IMG/VR virus record: IMGVR_UViG_3300049427_000004
Span: 32,001 to 96,000 of that record
DNA from: a virus
Direction: 5' to 3' (one strand)
Length of the DNA stretch: 64,000 nucleotides
Program-made: the position numbers and the translations under genes
Shown: piece after piece, positions 11,277 through 22,587 of the stretch
Numbering within the stretch: the first letter of the stretch is position 1
Layout of the letters: each line of letters starts with the position of its first letter
Notes under the pieces: model-generated
Told to the model about the DNA's origin: nothing
Databases searched by the model: none
What the model saw: only the letters and a program-made list of their open reading frames with translations

Positions 11277-12782
11277 TTACTTGTTAAAGCCGTTATTTTT
11301 CACCTTGGCATAACAAACTTCTTCCCAAACATTTAAATCAGAAATAACTCTAAAAACAATCTGCTCATCTTCGGAGCCTTCACGGTTTTTTGGTAAGAAG
11401 AGAATCAGATATTTCTTCTCTGGATCTAATTCAAATTCTTTTTTTTGCCATTTCCCATGAGAATCTTTTTCATAGTTAAAGCAAAAAACCTTGTTCTTCC
11501 CTTCGAATTCATCATCGAACATTAATCTTCCTGCCATTACAACAGCTGCTACTTCAACAATTTCCATGGATTTACCAATGCTGTCCAAGTCAAGATAACG
11601 AAACTCTTTACCTATTTTCATTTGAACTGTTGCTAGTGTTGCACAGTTGTAATTTTCGTCCTTAATACAATCATGCAAGTCTTGAGCTGAATTAGAGAAA
11701 GCCAGCCATCTATCTGTTTGTTGAGACAAGTCAGGTTTGAAGGTATCAAAATAAATATGAGCGTAACCAAGTGGTCTATGTAATTCGATATTACTAATAA
11801 CATCCTCGATGCGATACTTTTTTAGAACAACTAATTTAATAAAGTCAGGTTGGTTTTGTTTTAACCATTTAGCTGCTTTAACAAGTGTTTTTCTATGTTC
11901 AGGACTGTATTTTCCTTTATTAACTACATCTCTCGCTATTGGCTCTTTAAGTATTCTTGAAGCAACAGTAGCCAAAAGCCTTGCTTGCCAACGTTTTTTC
12001 CCTTCCTCGTTTACAAAGATAAGTGCCTTTTCAAAATCCAAATCATTATCAGGATCTAATGCCTTTACATTGTGATCAAAAATAGAAAGAACAAATTTTT
12101 CAGTTACGATACTACTTTTACCAACACCTGATGAGAGGACTAAATACATCAGGTTACCTAGTTTCTGACCATTAATCCTCTTGGTTAATCGTGGAGAATC
12201 GAACAGAGGCAAGCCAACTTCTTCCCCTTGATCAAGCTCATCAATCACTTCCTCTATATCTTCAGTAAGATTGTATATAATTACATCGCCTGAATTGATA
12301 TGAGAAAAGGATGTCTTAAACTTATGCTGACAGAAAGTGTGTAATTGTTTTAAGTTCATGTTCGCAAGTTTTTTAATAAATTCTGTGCTATGTATATTCA
12401 ACAAGTTTTCATCCTGTAATATCCGTAAGCTTTCATACTTTTGGACTTCACTAAAATGATAGTCATCATTACTACTGTCTTTAGTACATTCGTTCATTAG
12501 ATCCTGAATCGTTGCAAAGCCGCCAGATTCATCATAAAATTCGAAATATGATTTTTTATTTTGTTCCTTTGGCTTAGTTGTTAAGTATGAATAGACCGAT
12601 GTATCTTCAAAACTTCGGATGCTATTGTCGTACATCTCTTTACCGATATGATAATAAAAGTACCAGATAGGTTTCGTAAATGTGCCTTGCTCAATTTTAT
12701 GAGACTTGTATTTTGAATACAGATTAGGGTTTTTCCACAGGTTCCCTACAAACAAACTTTCGTGAACCTCAGATGGTAACAC
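11277..12782 (-). CDS. DnaB-like replicative helicase (possible ATT start at 12809)
   Basis: Walker A SSGVGKS, FVNEE, IYFDTFK (Walker B), LATVQM, KNREG arginine-finger motif. Confidence 0.85.
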   Translation of the reverse strand: MLPSEVHESLFVGNLWKNPNLYSKYKSHKIEQGTFTKPIWYFYYHIGKEMYDNSIRSFEDTSVYSYLTTKPKEQNKKSYFEFYDESGGFATIQDLMNECTKDSSNDDYHFSEVQKYESLRILQDENLLNIHSTEFIKKLANMNLKQLHTFCQHKFKTSFSHINSGDVIIYNLTEDIEEVIDELDQGEEVGLPLFDSPRLTKRINGQKLGNLMYLVLSSGVGKSSIVTEKFVLSIFDHNVKALDPDNDLDFEKALIFVNEEGKKRWQARLLATVASRILKEPIARDVVNKGKYSPEHRKTLVKAAKWLKQNQPDFIKLVVLKKYRIEDVISNIELHRPLGYAHIYFDTFKPDLSQQTDRWLAFSNSAQDLHDCIKDENYNCATLATVQMKIGKEFRYLDLDSIGKSMEIVEVAAVVMAGRLMFDDEFEGKNKVFCFNYEKDSHGKWQKKEFELDPEKKYLILFLPKNREGSEDEQIVFRVISDLNVWEEVCYAKVKNNGFNK

Positions 12783-12821
12783 AAACTCATCAATATATTT
12801 CGTGCTAATATGACCACTCCT

Positions 12822-13400
12822 CTATAGTAGATGCGAAATATCTCCATTGTCTTTTTTTCTTTTAGTTTTAATTGGCTCATCAATTGACATATCGGTGTCA
12901 ATTAATCTAGTCATTTCTTTTTGTAAATGCAGCTCTTGCTTCAATTTAATTTGTCGATTTTGCCATGCAGTATTTAATCCATTTAGCATCATCGAAATAC
13001 ATTTATTAATGTCGCTTGCGTCTTTACCATCATTCAGCACATCTTTAATGAACCATTTAATCTTATCTTCTTGAAGTTTGTAAGCTTCCAGCATCAAGTC
13101 AAACTCTACGCCAATTCGGTAACGCTGATATTTTTTTCCTTCTTTTATGTCAAACCCACCACGCAGCTCTTGAAGTCGTTTAATATTACGTGTAGGAATA
13201 ACAATAATCTCGTGCAGTTCTTTTATGTATTCAAATAAATCAGACCACTTTTTATTCTCTTGCTTTTGGTATTCCTGTTGCTCTATGTATTTTTGATGGC
13301 ATATTTCAATATGGTAGAACTTTTTATCGGTTTCTTGTGTCATTGTGGATTTTATTCCAAATTGCTCACATATCTGACACTTAACTTTCCTTTCAGCCAC
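12822..13400 (-). CDS. Zinc-finger protein, putative helicase loader/replication accessory
   Basis: CQIC...HIEIC N-terminus; position immediately upstream of the helicase. Confidence 0.45.
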   Translation of the reverse strand: MAERKVKCQICEQFGIKSTMTQETDKKFYHIEICHQKYIEQQEYQKQENKKWSDLFEYIKELHEIIVIPTRNIKRLQELRGGFDIKEGKKYQRYRIGVEFDLMLEAYKLQEDKIKWFIKDVLNDGKDASDINKCISMMLNGLNTAWQNRQIKLKQELHLQKEMTRLIDTDMSIDEPIKTKRKKDNGDISHLL

Positions 13401-13409
13401 TTAATCACC

Positions 13410-15431
13410 TCAAATGTAATCCTGAATAAACCTTGACGGTATAGCAACTTTTCCTCGATATGTATTAACGTAACTCAAATTCAACTGTTCTTCTGCTCTA
13501 GTCATTAATACGTAGGCGAGTCTTCGCTCCTCCTCCAAAGCCTCGTTAACCCCATTTCCTATATTGTCAGAGCATGGTTCTAGAGAAGATTTATGAGGTA
13601 GCAAACCGTCGTTCACAGTCAGTGCAAAAACCACAGGAAACTCCAATCCTTTCGACTTATGAATAGTCATCAGCTTAACACCATTAGAATTGTTTTTACT
13701 TTTATTTTCTTTCTGAATTTTCGCCTGTTTAATAATTCTTTCAATGTGTCGTACATACTCACCAATCTCATTGAACTTTTTCGAACTATTCTCAAGTTCA
13801 TTCAATGTTTCTCTAATAATTTCTCGATGTAAACTTGTCGATTCACTTTCTGCTGCATCACCAATTAAATATGATTCATAATCCTCACGTAATGCACGAA
13901 TAGCCAACATCGGTCTAAGTCCTGCAATACGTTTCATATGATTAATTTTTTCTGCAATTTTTCGTTTCTGGTAAGCACTACTCACTATGTCACTTGCATA
14001 TTCAATCGGATTTGCAATTGGATTCGCTTGTTGTAACTTACCTAATTCTTTCAATTTATCTTTAGCTATGTATAGAGTTGGAAGCACATCTCCCATTGAA
14101 CTAAAGTCATATGGATCAACAATTATACGTAAATATGAAAGTATCGGCTTGACTGTTCCATTGTCGTAGAATACTTCTCCTCCTGAGAAACTTGTGAATG
14201 GAACCTCATTCAAAAGAAGTGACTCAAAGATTGACCTAGAGATTGAGTTTGTTCTATACAGAACAGCAAAATCAGAGTATTTTCGTTTTTCTTGCTTAAC
14301 TTGACTCTTTATGTATTCAACAATTGCCTCTGCTTCATCCTCTGTTGTTTCATATTTATTAATGACAGGATATAAATCAGATTCTTTAATTGCAAATGAT
14401 TCTTTTGGAATTCTCAGTATATTTTTCTTAATTGCATCATTTGCCATGCCTAAAATTGGTGATGTACAACGATAATTAACTTTTAACTCAATAGTTTTCA
14501 CGTTTTCATACTTCTTGGGAAACTCTAAAATATTATTTAGTTTGGCTCCAGAAAAACTGTACACGCACTGGTCAGCATCTCCAATTATACAAATGTTATT
14601 TCTAGGATGGGCTATCATTTCGATGAGTTTAAATTGTAGATCGGAGGTGTCCTGAGCTTCGTCTACCATGATGTAATGCCATCTATCTCTTACAGATTCA
14701 AGCAAATCTTCATCATCGGATAGTTTCTGATATGCAAGAAGTAACATGTCATCAAAATCAATCAATGATTTATCATTCTTGTGGGCCTCATACTGCTGCC
14801 ATATTTCATGAAACTCTTTATCATACTTATCCGAATATCTATAATCAAATACATCGATTGCATTTTGCTTATAATGTGAAATCAACGCAAGAATATCCTC
14901 GGGGCGATGTTTTTTGTCTATTTTCATTGCTCTCAAAATAGTTTTAATAGTAATTTGGCGACCTTTATCGCTTGAGAATACCTCTCTGTCTTCTCCATTT
15001 TCACGTAGAATATCTAAAAACACTTTATGAAATGTTCCTGCTGTAACTTTTTTTAATTTATCTTTACTGGTCATTCCAAGTTTTGATGCTTTAGCCAACA
15101 TCTCTTCCGCTGCTTTACTGGTAAAGGTTATGAGTAGTACTTTTTCAAGGTCTATTTTATGCACTTGGTCTAGATATGACAGTCTCGCCACTACAGAGGA
15201 TGATTTACCTGCTCCTGCTCCGCTGTTAACCTGAGTGGCTCCTTCTTTGTGGCGTACCAAAATAATCTGATCTTCGTTAAGTTTTACCCCTTTCTCTTCG
15301 AGTTTTCTGAAGAAAAAGGAATCACTCATTGAATCTGAAACTAATTCAATTGATGTCAGATTGCTTGCTATTTTAGCTTTAGTGTAATTCAATTTTAATA
15401 TTTCACCTCTTAAATTTATTTTTATACCCAA
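13410..15431 (-). CDS. UvrD/PcrA-like SF1 DNA helicase
   Basis: AGAGKS, TFTSKAA, GTFH, VDEAQD, GDADQ, VNYRC, YRTN, TIHKSKGLEF, EERRLAYV motifs. Confidence 0.95.
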   Translation of the reverse strand: MGIKINLRGEILKLNYTKAKIASNLTSIELVSDSMSDSFFFRKLEEKGVKLNEDQIILVRHKEGATQVNSGAGAGKSSSVVARLSYLDQVHKIDLEKVLLITFTSKAAEEMLAKASKLGMTSKDKLKKVTAGTFHKVFLDILRENGEDREVFSSDKGRQITIKTILRAMKIDKKHRPEDILALISHYKQNAIDVFDYRYSDKYDKEFHEIWQQYEAHKNDKSLIDFDDMLLLAYQKLSDDEDLLESVRDRWHYIMVDEAQDTSDLQFKLIEMIAHPRNNICIIGDADQCVYSFSGAKLNNILEFPKKYENVKTIELKVNYRCTSPILGMANDAIKKNILRIPKESFAIKESDLYPVINKYETTEDEAEAIVEYIKSQVKQEKRKYSDFAVLYRTNSISRSIFESLLLNEVPFTSFSGGEVFYDNGTVKPILSYLRIIVDPYDFSSMGDVLPTLYIAKDKLKELGKLQQANPIANPIEYASDIVSSAYQKRKIAEKINHMKRIAGLRPMLAIRALREDYESYLIGDAAESESTSLHREIIRETLNELENSSKKFNEIGEYVRHIERIIKQAKIQKENKSKNNSNGVKLMTIHKSKGLEFPVVFALTVNDGLLPHKSSLEPCSDNIGNGVNEALEEERRLAYVLMTRAEEQLNLSYVNTYRGKVAIPSRFIQDYI

Positions 15432-16564
15432 CGAAATTTAAGTTTCGTTGCCTTTTTCACTCTGTTCGAACCTGCTATTCAATATTTCATTTTGTATGTA
15501 TAGCATCTTAGCATACTCTTGTAGTAGCACTATGTCCTGTGTAAACGTCTTAACGCTCACTTTTGCCCATCCTTTAGGACTTCTGTTTATTAACTCCTGA
15601 ATTCTTGGTAACATATTTCACCTCATATTCGTTGCCTTATTTAGAAGTTTTGGCTTATAAATAGATTTATCATACAAAACACACTGGCCTGTTTCCAAAA
15701 TTTCTTCTATGTATGACCAACTACTTACTAAATATTGACTTCCATTCGAATAGTATAGTTTAATACCATCTGTTACATTTCGGATTTTGACACCTTTTAG
15801 TTTTGCAATTTTTCTAATACTCTTTTCTCTCTCATCTAACATTCCAATAATCGTATACATTCTATTGTATCTCCTTTCTAATCAGCCCCTCAATATTCTT
15901 AGGATCATACCAATCAATAACCCAATGCACACCAAAAGGCGATGCAGCATTATGCATAATACCCACTCGTTTGCCTGATTTAGACCACGAATGAAATGAT
16001 GCTTCATGTAGTTTTTTATTTTTATGTTTTACAGATTGTTTTGGATAGTATGTATTATTCATTTATTATCAACCCCTATCTTAAATCCATGTATTTTACA
16101 TATCTAGTAATTGTCTTCGAAACCAGATACCTATTCCCTTTAGAGCTTTTAGGAGCCAACTTCACTTCTGCGATGTCTTGCTCAGTTTTCAAGTCAACTG
16201 CATAAGCAAAATATTCCTCTCCAACATTTAACTCTTTTCTAACTCTTTGTTCCAACTTATCCCATAGATTCATTTACAATTCTCCTCCTCATGAAAGACT
16301 TCTTTTATGACCTATTAATGCTCCAATTCTTGGTATGATCATCTAACCATTCTTTTAATTCGTTCTCATTTTCTATGTACTTCACATCAATCAGTGAAAC
16401 TTTTTCTCCTATATCCCAACTGAATGACTTTATGGATTTGAATTTAATATTTTCTATTTTTGAACTTTTCCCCACTTCTTTAGCATATACCACTTGCTCA
16501 CTTGTTGTTATATTTCTCATAACATAAACTGCATAGTTGCTTGGATATTTCAAATTTTCTCACC

Positions 16565-17020
16565 TCATCCATTATATTTGTATAAAGTTACTTCATAATC
16601 CTCAAACACTTTGTCGATTATTCCATATACTTCATTCCAGTCTGCCCCACCTCTATCACTGCCAATTTTATATGGAAGAGCAACGGAATATTTGTGATCA
16701 ACTGCAAAACTTTTAAGTAAACCAAGAGACTCTTTGATTGCAGTGTAACTTGTGAATTGACCATTATAGCCATAATCGAGTTGACCAAATAAGTTAGCAA
16801 TGATTTTACCATCGACTACAGAAACGAAGAGACATTTGCCCAATGCATACTTACCATAACCATATGTGTTCAAATAGGCTTTATACTCTCTAAATAAGCC
16901 ACCGTACTTATCTCTTAGTTGTTTAGCTACACCAGATCCCATAACACCCTTGCAGTTCACTTGATGACCAATAATGTCTTCTGTTGCATCGAGCAAGTTT
17001 CCTTCAACCACTTTAATCAT
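16565..17020 (-). CDS. Macrodomain protein (ADP-ribose binding/hydrolase, Poa1p-like)
   Basis: GNLLD, HQVNCKGVMGSGVA, ANLFGQ, ALPYKIGSDRGG; start at 17020 after RBS GAGGAG. Confidence 0.9.
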   Translation of the reverse strand: MIKVVEGNLLDATEDIIGHQVNCKGVMGSGVAKQLRDKYGGLFREYKAYLNTYGYGKYALGKCLFVSVVDGKIIANLFGQLDYGYNGQFTSYTAIKESLGLLKSFAVDHKYSVALPYKIGSDRGGADWNEVYGIIDKVFEDYEVTLYKYNG

Positions 17021-17105
17021 ATATTTTCTCCTCTTGTATGCCATTGAAAAGATTGTTTTATTTCCTATTGCTTGGGTAATAGCATATTTCGCATTGTTTC
17101 GACAA

Positions 17106-17987
17106 TTAAGCAGCTTGACGTTCATTCAAAATAGACTTAACAATCACAGGCAACTTCTTTCCAATGCATTTACGAATGTCTTTTTCTTCATATGTATTAA
17201 GTGAATCTGACTCTTCTTTCATGATATCATCATAAACTCGATTGCCAAGATGTTTCAGAATCAATCCCATATCTTCAATCCCAAATTGTTCATCAAGAAT
17301 ATTTTCATCAACCAGCTTATATAGTAATTTTTCTACTCTTGCCTTAGTCATACACTCATTAATAAATGTCATCTCAACTGATTGAAAATTAGGATCTTTA
17401 GGAGCTTTCTGTTTTTGGACTTCTCTGAAACCATCAGAAACTAATTTAACAAAACATTGTTTTTCATATCTATCTTTATAATTTACGTTTTTAACAACTA
17501 CTCCTTCGCCCTCAGAACCTAGAACTGACTGACCGACAAATGATTGCAGATGTTCAAATGATTGATATTTACCCTCGTAGAATAATGGAATCAAGTTCAT
17601 AGAAAGTCGATGCGACTCATCTTTTACCATAGAGAAGTTAACATACTCTCCAATAAATTCATTGTAAATATCGAATAGGTAAAATTGATTCATATTGCTA
17701 CCATAATCCAACTTGTGTTTAACTAGCCATTCTCCATAATAAATTACACCATCAAGCAATTTCGCAGGATTTAGCGTCTGTGTCCATTCGTAAAAACCTC
17801 TGAGATTGTTTTCGGCACTAAGATGAGTATTACGAGAGAATGCCAGAATAGCACCTTCATGCAGCTTAAATGACGCATTGGCTCCATCCAACTTTTCTTG
17901 AATTACAATGTCGTCACCTTCATTTAGTACCCCTACTGTTGTCTTATGGCCTAGACGAATAATATCAGTATACTTCTTCATTTCCAT
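17106..17987 (-). CDS. RNA ligase, Rnl2 family
   Basis: QEKLDGANAS (KxDG), YGEW, FYLFDI, EGVVVK, VKLVSDGFRE nucleotidyltransferase motifs. Confidence 0.85.
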   Translation of the reverse strand: MEMKKYTDIIRLGHKTTVGVLNEGDDIVIQEKLDGANASFKLHEGAILAFSRNTHLSAENNLRGFYEWTQTLNPAKLLDGVIYYGEWLVKHKLDYGSNMNQFYLFDIYNEFIGEYVNFSMVKDESHRLSMNLIPLFYEGKYQSFEHLQSFVGQSVLGSEGEGVVVKNVNYKDRYEKQCFVKLVSDGFREVQKQKAPKDPNFQSVEMTFINECMTKARVEKLLYKLVDENILDEQFGIEDMGLILKHLGNRVYDDIMKEESDSLNTYEEKDIRKCIGKKLPVIVKSILNERQAA

Positions 17988-18339
17988 TTTGTATATCTCC
18001 TTTTTATTTTTTTGTTTTATAATCAATGAATTGATGATTTCGCCACCTTAAGCAAATAATTCATATTCTTCATCTCGCTCATCTTTTGTTTCATCGACGT
18101 ATTCTACATTTTTATTTTTATCCAGCCACTCTATATGAGCATCACACTGTTCAGGAGTTAAAAACTTCACTTCATCTAGACCGACAACAACCCAACCTTT
18201 ACCTGCACTCACTTTATACATGGATTTTTCTCTGTCGTATTCATGCAACTCACCAATTGTACTAGAGAAAAATCCAACCTCAACACTGACCAATTTACCT
18301 AAATAGTCATCATAATTATTAACTATATTAATCACCTCC

Positions 18340-18723
18340 TTATGGATCAGTTAGTTGATCAGATTCATCTATATTTAAATACAGTCCTACCCTTTTATCT
18401 ATATCTGCTTTCAAGTGCTTAATCAGAATATTCATCTCTTGTTGATATCCTCGACACATAAATGAGATGGTTATTCTGTCTTCAACACGTTTATCTTCAA
18501 TTATTTTAATTCCATTATTCCACATCAATTTTTTATTGTTTGTGAAACTCTCGGATACTTTATTCTGTATGCTTCTAAGATGTCTAGCATAAAGATTTCC
18601 CATTTTCATATCGGATTTCGTCATTATTTTAATGTCATGTTCAATTGTACTATATAAGCAAGGTAGCAATATTGCTTCTCTGACAAGATTGAAATCGTCG
18701 TCTCCAACTGGCTTCGCTGTCAT
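18340..18723 (-). CDS. Hypothetical protein of the uvrX-yolD operon
   Basis: 4-nt overlap with the YolD-like gene. Confidence 0.6.
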   Translation of the reverse strand: MTAKPVGDDDFNLVREAILLPCLYSTIEHDIKIMTKSDMKMGNLYARHLRSIQNKVSESFTNNKKLMWNNGIKIIEDKRVEDRITISFMCRGYQQEMNILIKHLKADIDKRVGLYLNIDESDQLTDP

Positions 18724-19055
18724 AGTAATGTCACACTCACAACTTCAGAATAATCCACCCATTCGAACCCATCATCAAACTCAACTTTGAACTTTTTCTG
18801 ATATTGATTGAATGCTGTGACAACGCCAACAACTTCACGAAAATTAAACTTCCCAAACAACTCGACCTTGATTTCATCCTTTTGAATATACGACTGATTC
18901 AAATTGGAAAGCATTATTTCCCATTCATCTTCATGAATCTCTGGTCGTGTTTTTAGTTTATGATCACCCAAATATTTATTGATAGTCTCTTTATGTTCTG
19001 GTAGCATCATTCTGCTGCTCTCCCACAGACCATTTCCAGTTAGCTTTTTACTCAT
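18720..19055 (-). CDS. YolD-like protein (mutagenesis accessory)
   Basis: GNGLWESSRMMLPEHKE motif; coupled to the Y-family polymerase. Confidence 0.85.
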   Translation of the reverse strand: MSKKLTGNGLWESSRMMLPEHKETINKYLGDHKLKTRPEIHEDEWEIMLSNLNQSYIQKDEIKVELFGKFNFREVVGVVTAFNQYQKKFKVEFDDGFEWVDYSEVVSVTLL

Positions 19056-20293
19056 TTGTAATGTCCTCCGATTTTAGCGTTTCTGTCTACCGCTTGACCA
19101 GCGCTGGTTAATGAACTTGCTCTCAGTATTGACACTTCTCCGAATCGATCTTTGATGTCATCCATAACCTTATCAACAGCTCTCTTCTTCTCAGTGTCAT
19201 CAAACAAGGAAAGTTGATAAGTGTCAGCACTAGTCAAGTTGGAGATTGCAACGCTTAACCTTCGAACAGGCATTCTATCCCAATGAGTGTAAAAAAGTTT
19301 CTTTACAGCAGCATAGACATCTACCGTAACGTTCGTAGGATCGACTAACTTCATTTGTCTGCTGAATCCAGTAGGATTATCCCAGTCTGCTCCAGACAGC
19401 CCCATTGATACGACAGAACCCATTAAACCCTTTTCTCTCGTCCTTCTACAAATCTGTGAGCATAAATCCAGTAACACCACTTCAATCTCCCATGCTTCCC
19501 TGTAGTCCCTAGGAAGCGTCATACCATTGCCAATTACCTTCTGATGGCTATGAGTGCTTGGAGTCACTGGTGAGTCATCTATGCCGTTCGCAACCCTCCA
19601 GATGACCTGACCATTAACACCCCATTTGCTGAGTCTTTTTATTGGAGTCTTGGCTAAATCACCAATTGTTCTGATTCCCATTCTTAGGAGGTGCTGCTCC
19701 ATCCTTGATCCAATGCCCCACATATCTCGAATCGGATTATCCCAAATATGTTTATCTAGCTCATCTTTCTTCAGATAAAAAAATCCATCAGCATTCTTCT
19801 TAGCTATCATGTCACAGCAAAGTTTTGCAATTACCTTGTTTTCTCCAATTCCAGCTCTTGCATATATTCCAGTTTCGGTCATGATTCTTTTCTGAATGAG
19901 CTTTGCCATTTCAGTTATCGAATTTCCAAACAAATGTAACGAACCAGAGCAGTCAACAAATAATTCATCTATACTATATGGTTCAACCAAATCACTGTAA
20001 GTCTCAAGAATTCGGGTGATTTGCATAGAAACTTTAATGTATTGCTCCATATGTGGTCGAACAATAACCAAATCAGGACACTTTTTCAAAGCTTGCCATA
20101 GAGCTTCAGCTGTAGTAACACCAAACTTTTTTGCAAGTGGGCATGCCGCCAAGACAATTCCACTGCGTCTTTCTGGATCTCCAGCTACTACAAGAGGTTT
20201 GTCTTTATACTCAGGGTAGTTTGCCTTCTCGACAGACGCATAAAAACTTTGCATGTCGATTAGCATAATGGATCGTTTGTTTTTCTGAGTCAC
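19052..20293 (-). CDS. uvrX: Y-family translesion DNA polymerase (UvrX/DinB-like)
   Basis: LIDMQSFYASVE, YSIDELFVD, NKVIAK, MWGIG; GTG start at 20293 after GGAGG. Confidence 0.9.
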   Translation of the reverse strand: MTQKNKRSIMLIDMQSFYASVEKANYPEYKDKPLVVAGDPERRSGIVLAACPLAKKFGVTTAEALWQALKKCPDLVIVRPHMEQYIKVSMQITRILETYSDLVEPYSIDELFVDCSGSLHLFGNSITEMAKLIQKRIMTETGIYARAGIGENKVIAKLCCDMIAKKNADGFFYLKKDELDKHIWDNPIRDMWGIGSRMEQHLLRMGIRTIGDLAKTPIKRLSKWGVNGQVIWRVANGIDDSPVTPSTHSHQKVIGNGMTLPRDYREAWEIEVVLLDLCSQICRRTREKGLMGSVVSMGLSGADWDNPTGFSRQMKLVDPTNVTVDVYAAVKKLFYTHWDRMPVRRLSVAISNLTSADTYQLSLFDDTEKKRAVDKVMDDIKDRFGEVSILRASSLTSAGQAVDRNAKIGGHYK

Positions 20294-20310
20294 ATTGATT
20301 CCTCCGAATA

Positions 20311-20357
20311 AGAACATTTGTTTGCGTAATAGCTATTATACTACAAACATACGTTCG
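20311..20357 (-). promoter_or_regulatory. Two LexA (SOS) boxes in the uvrX promoter region
   Basis: AGAACATTTGTTTG (20311-20324) and CAAACATACGTTCG (20344-20357) match Firmicute CGAAC-N4-GTTCG; TATAAT at 20335-20340 on the minus strand. Confidence 0.8.
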
Positions 20358-21936
20358 TTATGCAAGAGAAATAATTTTACAGCTTCATTTATTTAAATAT
20401 ATATGTATTTTTAATTTTTTTGTTTATAAAATCATGCTTTCGTTGGCTACCATTCGCCTGTTTCATGAAATTCATCAATGCACGGATAGCAATAAATCAT
20501 ATCCTCATTTTCGTCGGATGAATATGGAGCTTTTGATTCCATATTTTTCGGTTCTAAACAATGGTCGCAAATAAAATCATACTTCTTATTCTTCTCATTT
20601 AAGTATTTGTCCTTATTATTTTCGATATAATTCATTGTTTTTTTAATACTCATAACTCGTCACCTCCTCATGAAAGCTATGTTTTATCATCTATAAGTCC
20701 TTCAATTTCAATTATGAAATCATCGGAATATTTTTCGAAAAATGATAATTCATATTTATATCTAGTCCTCTCCCAAAACGGGCATTTAATTACACCAGCA
20801 AAATATGTCCCTCTGTATTGGGCAGCTTCTTTGTTTTTACACCACCAAGTACCAATTCCGCCTTCGCAATGAAGACAATCATAACATGATTTCTTATTGT
20901 TATCTGCCTTGCCATTTACAATCACTTTTTTAAACGTTTTCTTCCCCCTATTAAATTGTGCTAAATATATAATCTGTCTTCAGTTACCATATCAGATAAA
21001 CTAACTCCGTCAACCAACAATTTATCCAATAATGCTCTTGCTTCTTCAATGCGTAAGGATTTAGTCTCTTTGTTTTGTCGGTAAGTATATTTCTTCTGAA
21101 GGTTTTGCTTAGATTGGTTTAGAAATTCAGGTATATTATTCATCATTTCACCGACACTCCATCCTCATGAAACATTCATTTGCTACTTCCAACGATCAAT
21201 CCACTTATAGAAATCCATGATGTTGCAAATTCCTAAAATGTGTCCACCGTCTGGATTCTCAATGTACTTCAAGCTATCAGTTTTGAGTGAGATATCCTCG
21301 ATACGTCTGATTGAAATTCCATCTGTATATGATTCGCCAACTACTAAGTCAAATGGTTCTGTGTATGGCATTTTTTCACCTTCCTAATGAAACAGAGTTT
21401 TTAACCGATGTATTTGTGCCATAGCGCAGCAAATGTTTTTGACCATTTACCATTTTTAAATTCATATCCATCAATGTATATTTTATTATTAATTGTTGTA
21501 ATGCTGAAACCCATCATATTTTCATGAAACGGAATTATCTTATCACCAAACACAACAACTCTTTTGTGCTGATTAACAAAAACTGATCCATTAATAAAAG
21601 CACCCACTTTACACCTCGATCCCAATTAATAAGTTTTTATGATCTCATTTTATCTCAAATGATATTGCTGCTGGCTTATTGCTCTCATACAGTTCCATGT
21701 GTTGCTCAACAAATTTATCCCATACTGTAGCCGTTAGTTCATATTGCCCATCTACTTCTTCTGCATCAGTAACAATACCAATCGCCTTGGAATTATCGTT
21801 AATATCTGCACTGAATCCAAAGCCCTTAACAGTTTTGTCTAGAACAGGAAGATTGATATAATCTCTCAGACTTCCATTTTTATTAACCTTCACTTTAATT
21901 ATCATGTACACTTCCCTCTCTACATGAAACCGATAT

Positions 21937-22587
21937 TTAATATGTTTTTATATATTTTCTTTTTATGTATTTTTTAACATCAAATCTTATCCATTGATAA
22001 ATTGCCAGATATCTTTCTCTAACAAAGAATGATTGGGTTTTATACCATTCGTTGAGTGTGTATTCTCCTTTTGAACTGTTACAACTATTACAAGCAGGAA
22101 TGCAATTTTTCAGGTCGTTCCTACCGTCAAAAACAACATGATCTCTATGTAAATCTTTATTCGTTTCTTTTTTATTTTCTTCCCAAGACTTGCCACAATA
22201 GGCACATCTGAAATTGAAGTACAATCTGCAATCATACCATTCTCTATCGGTTATCTTGTGTACCTTTGGCTTTCTATCTTTTGTATATTGTCTAGTCTTA
22301 TCTCTGTTGTTTTGCTGCCAATTTAAATATTTTCCACTTTTCCTGTGCTCTTCATTTGCTTTTTTATGTATAATTTTATGCCTTGGGTCTTTATTTCTTT
22401 TTGAATAAATCGTTTTCCATTTTTCAGGATTTCTCTCAATCCATTTAGATGCTTTCATGGCGGTACACTTCTTACATTCGGGATGATAATAGATATACTC
22501 GCCTTTAACTGTAGAATTTTTCTTGTAAGAATAAAAGTCTGATAATTTTTTGTGAGTGCCACAAACTGAACAATTTTTTGATTCTAT
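21937..22587 (-). CDS. HNH endonuclease with N-terminal zinc finger (probable ATA start at 22587)
   Basis: CAYC...RDHV...NCIPACNSCNSSKG; the frame stays open upstream through CSVC...CKKC to ATA at 22587, 9 nt after AAGGAG. Confidence 0.8.
   Translation of the reverse strand: MESKNCSVCGTHKKLSDFYSYKKNSTVKGEYIYYHPECKKCTAMKASKWIERNPEKWKTIYSKRNKDPRHKIIHKKANEEHRKSGKYLNWQQNNRDKTRQYTKDRKPKVHKITDREWYDCRLYFNFRCAYCGKSWEENKKETNKDLHRDHVVFDGRNDLKNCIPACNSCNSSKGEYTLNEWYKTQSFFVRERYLAIYQWIRFDVKKYIKRKYIKTY

Noticed and set aside
19052-20357. LexA-controlled uvrX-yolD as a novelty
   Set aside because: A well-known SPbeta-type SOS mutagenesis module; listed as a feature only.
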